A DNA stretch of 45,909 bases from Burkholderiales bacterium. Lineage in GTDB: Bacteria > Pseudomonadota > Gammaproteobacteria > Burkholderiales > SG8-39. Of this stretch, positions 29,276 through 40,331 are shown piece by piece. The stretch lies in contig DASZQH010000361.1 in the NCBI GenBank assembly GCA_035549805.1, positions 1-45,909 of the forward strand, read 5' to 3'. Positions within the stretch are counted from its first letter, which is position 1; each line of letters begins with the position of its first letter. A program made the position numbers and the translations under genes. The notes beneath the pieces were generated by a model. The model saw nothing but the letters and a program-made list of their open reading frames with translations, was not told the origin of the DNA and did not search any database.

Positions 29276-30787
29276 ATGATGCTAGCTCGCCCGTCGAACG
29301 GCGTCGAGCAACTCCTCGGGGAAGCGGCGCTCGCCCGCCATGGCCAGCGGCTTGCTCTGATCGGCGGGGACGAGCGTGTCACCTACGCGGAACTCGCACA
29401 TCGCGTGGCGCGCTCCAGCGCCGCGCTTGCGGTGCTGGGCGTTCGCCCGGGGGCGCGGGTCCTGTTCCTGATGCGCGACACGCCGACGTTCGCCGCGGCA
29501 TGGCTCGGCGCCGTGCGCATGGGCGCGGTGGCCGTGGCGCTGAACAGCAAGCTGTCGGAGGTCGACTACCGGCACATCCTCGCCGACAGCGATGCCCGGC
29601 TCGTCCTCGTGGAGGACGTGTTCGCTCGAGCGCGTCCCGATCTCAACGAGGAGCTCGCTCGCTCGCGCCGCCTGGTCGTCTCCGGTTCGCCGTCTCCGGA
29701 CGTTCCCTGCTGGGAGGATCTGCTCTCGCGCGCCGTCCGCGCCGCCCCCTGCGAGGCGACACCGGAGTCTCCGGCGTTCCTTCTTTACTCCTCCGGGACG
29801 ACCGGGCGTCCGAAGGGCATCCTCCATGCGCATCGCGCCTTCGGCGTCGTCGGGGGAGCGTTGCGCCTGCTCGGAATCGGGGAGGGCGCACGCGTCGTCG
29901 CGACCTCCAAGCTCTTCTTCGCCTACGGGCTCGAGCACGGGTTGCTCGGCCCGCTGGCGGTCGGCGCGACGTCGATTCTTTGCGCCGACTGGCCGGACGC
30001 GGAAGCGCTGGCCGGAATCGTCGAGCGCGAGCAGCCGGACGCCCTGTTCAGCGTGCCTACCTTGTACCGGCGCCTGCTTTCCCTTCCGGCCGCGCAAGCC
30101 GCGGCCCTTCGTGCGGTGCGGGTCGTCGTGTCCGCCGGCGAACGGCTTTCGCCAGCGCTCGTGGCGCAGTGGCGCAACGCGATCGGGACCGAGCTGCTCA
30201 ATCTCTACGGCATGTCGGAGACGTTCTGCGCCTGCCTCGTCACGCCGCCGGGTACCTCCGACGGGCAATCGACCGGCGCGGCGCTTCCCGGCGTCGAGAC
30301 GCGGATCGAGGAAGGCGTGCTGTGGGTCCGTCATCCGTCGCTCGCCGACGGCTACGTCAATCTCCCCGAGCGCACGCGGGAATCCTTCCGGGACGGCTGG
30401 TTCTGCACCCGCGACCTGTTCACGGAAGAAGGCGGGATCCTCGTCCACCAGGGACGCGCCGACGAGCTCATGAAGATCGCCGGGCAATGGGTGCATCCCG
30501 CCGAGGTCGAAGCCGCCGTGGCGTCGCTCGCCGAGGTGGCGGAGGCCGTGTGCGTGGCCGTTCCCGATGCGGACGGGCTCGAGCGACTCGCACTATTCCT
30601 GACCGCGCGGGAGAGCGCGGAGGACGCCGTGCGAGCCGCGGAAAGCGCGTGCGACGCGGCGTTGCCGCGTCATCGGCGGCCGAAGTGGATCCGCGCCGTG
30701 GCCGAGCTGCCGCGCACGGCGACCGGGAAGGTCCAGCGCTTCAGGCTGCGCGAACTGCTCGCCGGGGCCGCCGCCGACAGGGGCTAG
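29276..30787 (+). CDS. Benzoate-CoA ligase family aryl-CoA ligase (AMP-forming)
   Basis: Starts MMLARPSNG at 29276. AMP-binding motif LLYSSGTTGRPKGILH. Carries the benzoate-CoA-ligase-type SKLFFAYGL and the C-terminal TATGKVQRF lysine motif. Confidence 0.85.
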   Translation: MMLARPSNGVEQLLGEAALARHGQRLALIGGDERVTYAELAHRVARSSAALAVLGVRPGARVLFLMRDTPTFAAAWLGAVRMGAVAVALNSKLSEVDYRHILADSDARLVLVEDVFARARPDLNEELARSRRLVVSGSPSPDVPCWEDLLSRAVRAAPCEATPESPAFLLYSSGTTGRPKGILHAHRAFGVVGGALRLLGIGEGARVVATSKLFFAYGLEHGLLGPLAVGATSILCADWPDAEALAGIVEREQPDALFSVPTLYRRLLSLPAAQAAALRAVRVVVSAGERLSPALVAQWRNAIGTELLNLYGMSETFCACLVTPPGTSDGQSTGAALPGVETRIEEGVLWVRHPSLADGYVNLPERTRESFRDGWFCTRDLFTEEGGILVHQGRADELMKIAGQWVHPAEVEAAVASLAEVAEAVCVAVPDADGLERLALFLTARESAEDAVRAAESACDAALPRHRRPKWIRAVAELPRTATGKVQRFRLRELLAGAAADRG

Positions 30788-30817
30788 AATGCCCGCTTCG
30801 GTTCACCTCCCTCCGTC

Positions 30818-31510
30818 ATGACCTACGCCATCCCCCTCTGGAACCCGCCGGTCCTCCCGGTCGCGGGATCTCAAGATCAGTTCCCCGTCCGGCGCGTCTT
30901 CTGCGTCGGGCGCAACTACGCCGAGCACCAGAAGGAAATGGGCGGCGACGGCCGCGAGCAGCCGTTCTTCTTCATCAAGAGCGCACATGCGCTGGTCCCG
31001 CGCGGCGGCGACGTGCATTACCCCGCCAAGACCTCCAACTACCACTACGAGACCGAGATGGTGGTCGCGCTCTCCCGCGGCGGCCGCCGCATCGATGCGA
31101 AGAAGGCCACGGAGCACATCTTCGGCTACGCCGTCGGCCTCGACATGACGCGGCGCGATCTCCAGCAGTGGGGCAAGGACCATGGCCGGCCGTGGGACTT
31201 CGGCAAGGACTTCGACGAAGCAGCGCCCTGCAGCGATATCGTCCCGGCGGCGAAGATCGGCCATCCGTCCAAGGGCGCCATCTGGCTCGACGTCAACGGC
31301 AAGTCCCGGCAGAAGGCCGACCTCGCAGACATGATCTGGTCCGTGCCGGAGCAGATCCAGTACCTCTCTGAGTACTACACCCTCGAGCCCGGCGACCTCA
31401 TCTTCTCCGGCACCCCGGCCGGCGTCGGCCCGGTCAAGCCCGGCGACGAGCTGCACGCGGGGATCGAGCACGTCGGCGAGCTCAAGGTAAGGATCGTGCC
31501 CGCGTTGTGA
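30818..31510 (+). CDS. Fumarylacetoacetate hydrolase family protein (short, fumarylpyruvate hydrolase / YcgM-like)
   Basis: 230 aa, collinear with the YcgM/FAHD-type short FAH proteins (VFCVGRNYAEH, HYETEMVV, LIFSGTPAGVGPV). Confidence 0.85.
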   Translation: MTYAIPLWNPPVLPVAGSQDQFPVRRVFCVGRNYAEHQKEMGGDGREQPFFFIKSAHALVPRGGDVHYPAKTSNYHYETEMVVALSRGGRRIDAKKATEHIFGYAVGLDMTRRDLQQWGKDHGRPWDFGKDFDEAAPCSDIVPAAKIGHPSKGAIWLDVNGKSRQKADLADMIWSVPEQIQYLSEYYTLEPGDLIFSGTPAGVGPVKPGDELHAGIEHVGELKVRIVPAL

Positions 31511-32148
31511 AGCTGTACACGTACTTCCGCAGTTCCGCCGCCTTCCGGGTGCGCATCGCCCTGAACCTCAAGGGACTGCCGTACGAGCCGCTATTCGTGC
31601 ATCTCGCCAAGGGCGAGCATCGCGGCGCCGCGTTCGGCGCGGTGAATCGGCAGGGCTTGCTGCCGACGCTCGAAGACGGCGCGACGCGCCTCAACCAGTC
31701 GCTCGCGATCATCGAGTACCTGGAAGAGACGCATCCGCAGCCCGCGCTCCTTCCGAAGGACCCCGTGGGACGTGCCCGCGTCCGATCGCTCAGCCTGCTG
31801 GTCGCCTGCGAGATCCACCCGCTGAACAATACCCGCGTGCTCCAGCACCTGCGCAAGAGCCTCGGCCAGACCGAGGAGCAGGTCAACGCATGGTACCGGT
31901 ACTGGATCGCCGACGGCCTCGCCAAGCTGGAGGCGGAGCTCGCGGCAAATGCGCAGGCAGGCAAGTACTGTCACGGCGACTCGCCTAGCATGGCGGACTG
32001 CTGCCTCGTTCCGCAGGTCTTCAACGCCAGGCGCTTCGACAGCGACCTGTCGCCGTACCCGACCGTGACCCGCGTGTTCGAGGCCTGCATGAGGATCGAC
32101 GCGTTCGACCGCGCGCAACCGGCGAAACAGCCGGACGCCGAAAAGTAG
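31507..32148 (+). CDS. maiA: Maleylacetoacetate/maleylpyruvate isomerase (GST zeta class)
   Basis: 213 aa starting MKLYTYFRSSAAFRVRIALNLKG (zeta-class SSxxxRVRIAL motif). GTGA overlap with the FAH gene stop. Confidence 0.85.
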   Translation: MKLYTYFRSSAAFRVRIALNLKGLPYEPLFVHLAKGEHRGAAFGAVNRQGLLPTLEDGATRLNQSLAIIEYLEETHPQPALLPKDPVGRARVRSLSLLVACEIHPLNNTRVLQHLRKSLGQTEEQVNAWYRYWIADGLAKLEAELAANAQAGKYCHGDSPSMADCCLVPQVFNARRFDSDLSPYPTVTRVFEACMRIDAFDRAQPAKQPDAEK

Positions 32149-32159
32149 GGAGGCCACAC

Positions 32160-32864
32160 TTGGAGAAGGTTCAGGGCTACCGCAGATTCCATCCCGGCAC
32201 GCAGCCGGAGTACGACTATCCGCCGTACCGTTCCACCGCGAAGCGTCATCCCACGCAGCCTCTGGTGATCGCTCCGCAGACCCTGTCCGAAGTGACCGGC
32301 CCCGTCTTCGGCTGGGACGACGTCAAGGCGACCGACAACGACCTGACACGCCAGCATCGGGGCGAGCCGATCGGCGAGCGCATCATCGTCAGCGGCCGCG
32401 TGCTGGACGAGGACGGCAGGCCCGTGCCCCACACGCTCGTCGAGATTTGGCAGGCGAACGCCGCCGGCCGCTACCCCCACAAGGTCGACCAGCACAACGC
32501 GCCGATCGATCCGAATTTCTCCGGCGCGGGCCGCACGATCAGCGACGCGGAGGGACGCTACCGGTTCGTCACCATCCGCCCCGGCGAGTATCCCTGGCGC
32601 AACCACCACAACGCATGGCGCCCGGCGCACATCCATTTCTCCCTGTTCGGGCAGGCGTTCCTGACGCGGCTCGTGACGCAGATGTACTTTCCGGGCGACC
32701 CGCTGCTGCCTTACGACCCGATGTTCACCTGCATTCCCGACGAAAAGGCCCGCCACCGCCTGATCTCCGTGTTCGACTGGGAGACGACGATTCCGGAACA
32801 GGCGCTCGGCTATCGCTTCGACATCGTTTTGCGCGGGCGCGAAGCCACGCCGATGGAGCGCTGA
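32160..32864 (+). CDS. pcaH: Protocatechuate 3,4-dioxygenase beta subunit
   Basis: TTG start 6 nt after GGGAGG. Fe ligand context is conserved (AAGRYPH, GEYPWRN, RPAHIHFSLFG). Confidence 0.88.
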   Translation: MEKVQGYRRFHPGTQPEYDYPPYRSTAKRHPTQPLVIAPQTLSEVTGPVFGWDDVKATDNDLTRQHRGEPIGERIIVSGRVLDEDGRPVPHTLVEIWQANAAGRYPHKVDQHNAPIDPNFSGAGRTISDAEGRYRFVTIRPGEYPWRNHHNAWRPAHIHFSLFGQAFLTRLVTQMYFPGDPLLPYDPMFTCIPDEKARHRLISVFDWETTIPEQALGYRFDIVLRGREATPMER

Positions 32865-32865
32865 G

Positions 32866-33429
32866 ATGAGCCTCTATGCCACCGGCAGCCAGACGGTCGG
32901 ACCGTACCTTCATATCGGGCTCACCTGGCTCGTGACACGCAATATCGCTCCTGCTGGCGTTCCCGGCGAGCGGGTGACCGTGCATGGGCGGCTGCTCGAC
33001 GGGGACGGCGCGCCGGTGAACGACGGCCTGATCGAGATCTGGCAGGCCAACTCGCGCGGCAAGTATTCGCATCCGGAGGACCGTCAGAAGAAGACGCTCG
33101 ACAAGCGCTTCCGCGGCTTCGGCCGGATACCGACGGACGCGAGAGGGGCGTTTCGCTTCACGACCATCAAGCCGGGCGCGGTTCCCGGCCCGAACGGGCG
33201 CGCGCAGGCGCCGCACCTCGTGGTGACGGTGTTCATGCGCGGCCTGCTGAAGCATCTCGCGACCCGCATGTACTTCCCGGACGAAGTCGCGAACATGCGC
33301 GATCCGCTGCTCTCCCTCGTCCCGGCAGCGCGCCGCCCGACGCTGATCGCGCGGCGCAAGAGCCGCGGCATCCTGGAGTGGAACATCCTGCTGCAGGGCA
33401 AAGGCGAGACGGTCTTCTTCGACTTCTGA
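32866..33429 (+). CDS. pcaG: Protocatechuate 3,4-dioxygenase alpha subunit
   Basis: 187 aa with TVGPYLHIGL, IEIWQANS.GKY and APHL.V.VFMRGLL motifs. Starts 1 nt after the pcaH stop. Confidence 0.88.
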   Translation: MSLYATGSQTVGPYLHIGLTWLVTRNIAPAGVPGERVTVHGRLLDGDGAPVNDGLIEIWQANSRGKYSHPEDRQKKTLDKRFRGFGRIPTDARGAFRFTTIKPGAVPGPNGRAQAPHLVVTVFMRGLLKHLATRMYFPDEVANMRDPLLSLVPAARRPTLIARRKSRGILEWNILLQGKGETVFFDF

Positions 33430-33433
33430 CTTC

Positions 33434-34585
33434 ATGGCCGGCCTGGCGCTGACGTACTCGGACGAAGCCTGCGCAGCAGCGCTTTCCGACGAGGCGCTGC
33501 TGCAGGCCATGGCGCGCTTCGAAGGGGCGCTGGCGCAGGCCTCGGCTGGCGCCGGCCTCGTTTCCGTACAGGACGCCGCGGTCATCGCGAAGACCTGCGC
33601 GAACGCGACGTTCGATGCCAGCGCCATCGCGCTCGAGGCCCGCACGGCGGGCACGATGGTGGTGCCCTTCCTCAAGCAGCTCAGAGCCCAGGTCGCGGCG
33701 GTGTCACCCCGTGCGGCGGAACAGCTTCATGCAGGCGCGACCAGCCAGGACGTGGTGGATACGGCGCTCGTCCTCTGCCTGAAACCGGCGAGCACGCGCG
33801 TGCTCGCCCTCTCTGCCGCGCTCGGGGACGCTGCCGCCCAACTCGCGCAGCGGCACGCCGGCACGCGATGCATGGCGCGCACGCTCCTGCAACCGGCCTT
33901 GCCGGTCACGTTCGGCTGGAAAGCCGCGGTGTGGCTTTCAGCGATCGCGCGATGCCACGGCGGCTTTCGCGCGGCGGCGCATTCCGTGCGCTCGCTTCAG
34001 TTCGGCGGACCCGAGGGAACCCTGTCGGGCCTGGGTGCGAAGGCACTCCAGGTGGAGGCGGCAATCGCGCAGGCCCTCGGCCTCGCCGTCGCGCCCACGC
34101 CCTGGCACAGCGTAAGGGACGGCTTCGCGCGGCTGGGTGCCGAGGCGGCGATGCTCGCCGGCACGGCCGGCACGGTCGCGCGCGACATCTCCCTGCTCAT
34201 GCAGCCCGAGATCGACGAGCTCGCCGAGCCCGCCGGCGCAGGGCGGGGCGGATCAAGCAGCATGCCCCACAAGCGCAATCCCGCAGGAAGCCTGCTCGCC
34301 CTGGAAGCCGCGCTGCGGGTGCCGGGCCTTGCCGCAACCCTGCTCAACCAGCTCGGACCGGAACTGGATCGCGGGCTCGGCCAGTGGCAGTCGCAATGGA
34401 TGACGCTTCGCGACCTGCTCGGTGCCACGAGCAGCGCACTGGCAGCCATGGGCGAGGTGCTCGGCGGCCTCGAGGTGCGGGAGGAGGTCATGGGCAGAAA
34501 TCTTCCGCCCCCCGGCGACGATGCGGCGGCGCGCGCCATGATTGGACGCGCGCTCGAGGCGTGGAAAGCCGCGCGCGCTACCTAA
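33434..34585 (+). CDS. pcaB: 3-carboxy-cis,cis-muconate cycloisomerase (fumarate-lyase superfamily)
   Basis: 383 aa with GATSQDVVDT and the GSSSMPHKRNP signature. Shorter than the roughly 450-aa Pseudomonas-type PcaB. Confidence 0.8.
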   Translation: MAGLALTYSDEACAAALSDEALLQAMARFEGALAQASAGAGLVSVQDAAVIAKTCANATFDASAIALEARTAGTMVVPFLKQLRAQVAAVSPRAAEQLHAGATSQDVVDTALVLCLKPASTRVLALSAALGDAAAQLAQRHAGTRCMARTLLQPALPVTFGWKAAVWLSAIARCHGGFRAAAHSVRSLQFGGPEGTLSGLGAKALQVEAAIAQALGLAVAPTPWHSVRDGFARLGAEAAMLAGTAGTVARDISLLMQPEIDELAEPAGAGRGGSSSMPHKRNPAGSLLALEAALRVPGLAATLLNQLGPELDRGLGQWQSQWMTLRDLLGATSSALAAMGEVLGGLEVREEVMGRNLPPPGDDAAARAMIGRALEAWKAARAT

Positions 34586-35022
34586 GCGCGGAACAGCGCC
34601 TTCAGCTCGTCCGGGATCGCTTCGCCCTTGAGGGGCGTCCCCGGCCCGTTCGCGAACCTTCCCCACACGCGCGTCTCTGCGCCTCGGGCGAGCGCCTTGC
34701 CGTCGCTGCGGACGACTTCGTGCGAGACCACGAAGGATTTTCCGCCGAAACGCGTGATGCGCGAGACGACTTCGCACCGGTCGCCCTGCTCCGCCGGGAA
34801 CAGGAACTCCGACTGCGCGGACACGAGCGGCATCGCCAGGTGCTCCGCTTTCATGCGCTTCGCGTCATAGCCGACCTGCGCGAAGAACGCCCACGTCGCC
34901 GAATCCATCCACTTGAAGTAGGTCGGGTAGAAGATGATGCCGGCAGGATCGCAGTCTCCCCAATGCACCTGGCAAGGAAAGCGACCGACGATGGACGCGA
35001 ACGAATCGGCGGGTGACGTCAT
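34582..35022 (-). CDS. 4HBT-fold acyl-CoA thioesterase (4-hydroxybenzoyl-CoA thioesterase-like)
   Basis: 146 aa. The N-terminal HWGDCDPAGIIFYPTYFKWMD closely resembles the Pseudomonas CBS3-type 4-hydroxybenzoyl-CoA thioesterase catalytic region (FGDCDPAGIVWYQNY). Its stop overlaps the pcaB stop. Confidence 0.8.
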   Translation of the reverse strand: MTSPADSFASIVGRFPCQVHWGDCDPAGIIFYPTYFKWMDSATWAFFAQVGYDAKRMKAEHLAMPLVSAQSEFLFPAEQGDRCEVVSRITRFGGKSFVVSHEVVRSDGKALARGAETRVWGRFANGPGTPLKGEAIPDELKALFRA

Positions 35023-35166
35023 GGCTGGGCGGCGATTATAAGCGGCTAAGCGGTTGACAGATCAGGGCTTCGTCGGCACACTGCGCGCTTCGCGCCGATT
35101 TGATGCTCAGCTTGCGGGCGCGTAACAAATGCCGCTAAAGAGACGCGAGCCCGACCGCAAGACCAG

Positions 35167-35207
35167 AGGCCCGTTTCCGGCGAAAGCTGAGCGGGCCTTT
35201 TCTTTTT
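35167..35207 (+). terminator. Intrinsic terminator/attenuator hairpin in the metH 5' leader
   Basis: AGGCCCG..CGGC-GAAA-GCUG..CGGGCCU followed by UUUUCUUUUU. It ends 10 nt before the metH GTG. Only the plus-strand orientation gives a U-tract. Confidence 0.7.
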
Positions 35208-35217
35208 CCGGACGTCC

Positions 35218-38949
<3,732 letters not shown>

Positions 38950-38976
38950 TCCGCGGCGACATCCAAGGAGAAACAA

Positions 38977-39075
38977 ATGGGCAAAGGCGACAAGCGCACG
39001 CGCAAGGGCAAGATCTACAAGGGCAGCTACGGCAAGAGGCGCCCGCACCGCGTGGCGAAGAAGAAGAAGGACTGA
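38977..39075 (+). CDS. 30S ribosomal protein THX (bTHX)
   Basis: 32-codon ORF missing from the track: MGKGDKRTRKGKIYKGSYGKRRPHRVAKKKKD. A perfect AAGGAG lies 6 nt upstream. Resembles Thermus Thx (GKGDRRTRRGKIWRGTYGK). Confidence 0.8.
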   Translation: MGKGDKRTRKGKIYKGSYGKRRPHRVAKKKKD

Positions 39076-39079
39076 TTCC

Positions 39080-40330
39080 TCAGCTGTTGTCTTCGCGGCG
39101 CCCGACCGGCAGCCCGAGCGCCTTCAGCTTCCGATAGAGGTGCGTGCGCTCGAGCCCCGAGCGCTCGGCGACACGCGACATGCTCCCGTTCTCGCGCGCG
39201 AGCAGGTGCTCGAAGTAGACGCGCTCGAACGCTTCCCTGGCTTCACGGTAGGGCCGATCGAGCGTCACCTCCGGCGCGACCGCGGGGGCAGTTCTGGCCG
39301 CGAGCACCCGCTCCACGTCCCCGAGATCGATTTCCTCGTTCAGCGCCCCGAGCGCGAGGTCCTTGACCACGCTCTCGAGCTCGGCGAGGTTGCCCGCCCA
39401 GCCGTGGTGGCGTAGCGCGTTCAGGGCCGCGATCGACAGGCGCCTCGGCGGACAGACCCGGCCTTCGACGAGCTGGGCGAGCAGCAGCGACGCCAGATCA
39501 GGAACGTCCTCCGCCAGGTCGCGCAGCGCGGGAAGCCGCAGCGTGAGCTCCGAGAGGCGGGGCACCAGGTCCGCGTCGAACTCGTGCTTTTCGACCAGCG
39601 CGCGCAGGTCGAGTGCCGAAAAGGAAACTACGCGGACCTTGTGCTTCTCGGTGCGACCGAGCAGGAACTCGAGCTGGCGCTGCTCGGTTCGCCCCAGCCG
39701 GGACAGATCGGCGATGAAGAAGATGCCGCCCGCCGCCTTCGCAAGCGTCTCCGACGGCGCCTCCGCCAGCGCCTCCATGCCATTGATGAACGGTGCCCCC
39801 GGCGCGGCGAGAAGCCGCGCGAAGAGCTCCGGACGCATCCCGCGCTCGCCGCGCAGCAGCAGAGGCGCACTCGATTGCGCGAACTGCGCCAGCCGCTTCT
39901 TCGCCTCCACGAGTGCCGGTGAACGGCCCAGCGCAGCCAGGCCGAGCGGCGGCGCGGCCGGCGCCTCCGCGTTGCGCAGCGCTCGCTTGACGGTCAGCAG
40001 CAGCCGCTGCAGGGCGATCGGCTTCTCGAGGAAATCGAGCGCGCCGATACGCGTCGCCTCCACGGCGGTATCGATCGTCCCATGCCCCGACATCATCACC
40101 ACCGGCATCGTGAGCTGGCCGTTCGCCGCCCACTCCTTGAGGAGAGAAATGCCGTCGGTGTCGGGCATCCAGATGTCCAGCAGCACGAGGTCGGGACGCT
40201 GGTGGTCGCGCTGCCGCCTCGCTTCGCCCGCGCTCTCGGCGAGCGTCACCTGATGCCCTTCGTCCGCCAGGATCTCGGACAGCAGCTCGCGGATTCCCAC
40301 TTCATCGTCGACCACCAGGATGTTCGCCAT
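39080..40330 (-). CDS. ntrX: NtrX-type response regulator (REC, degenerate AAA+ domain, Fis-type HTH)
   Basis: 416 aa. Intact receiver (VVDDE..LLDIWMPDTDG) and C-terminal HTH (SMSRVAERSGLERTHLYRKLK). The central domain aligns to NtrC family but the Walker A, GAFTGA and Walker B motifs are lost. Confidence 0.85.
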   Translation of the reverse strand: MANILVVDDEVGIRELLSEILADEGHQVTLAESAGEARRQRDHQRPDLVLLDIWMPDTDGISLLKEWAANGQLTMPVVMMSGHGTIDTAVEATRIGALDFLEKPIALQRLLLTVKRALRNAEAPAAPPLGLAALGRSPALVEAKKRLAQFAQSSAPLLLRGERGMRPELFARLLAAPGAPFINGMEALAEAPSETLAKAAGGIFFIADLSRLGRTEQRQLEFLLGRTEKHKVRVVSFSALDLRALVEKHEFDADLVPRLSELTLRLPALRDLAEDVPDLASLLLAQLVEGRVCPPRRLSIAALNALRHHGWAGNLAELESVVKDLALGALNEEIDLGDVERVLAARTAPAVAPEVTLDRPYREAREAFERVYFEHLLARENGSMSRVAERSGLERTHLYRKLKALGLPVGRREDNS

Positions 40331-40331
40331 G

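Noticed and set aside
28885-31371. An 828-aa plus-strand ORF spanning the marR antisense strand, the ligase and the FAH gene.
   Set aside because: It is out of frame with the ligase, whose frame carries the AMP-binding motifs. The product is extremely Arg-rich, and the ORF crosses an intergenic region.
35040-35217. Tested the metH leader by eye for an SAH riboswitch, a cobalamin riboswitch and a leader peptide.
   Set aside because: The SAH core strings and the B12 box (GCCACUG context) were not found. The only small ORF (MLSLRARNKCR, ATG 35103) has no Met/Cys regulatory codon run. The leader stays as an unclassified finding rather than a named riboswitch.
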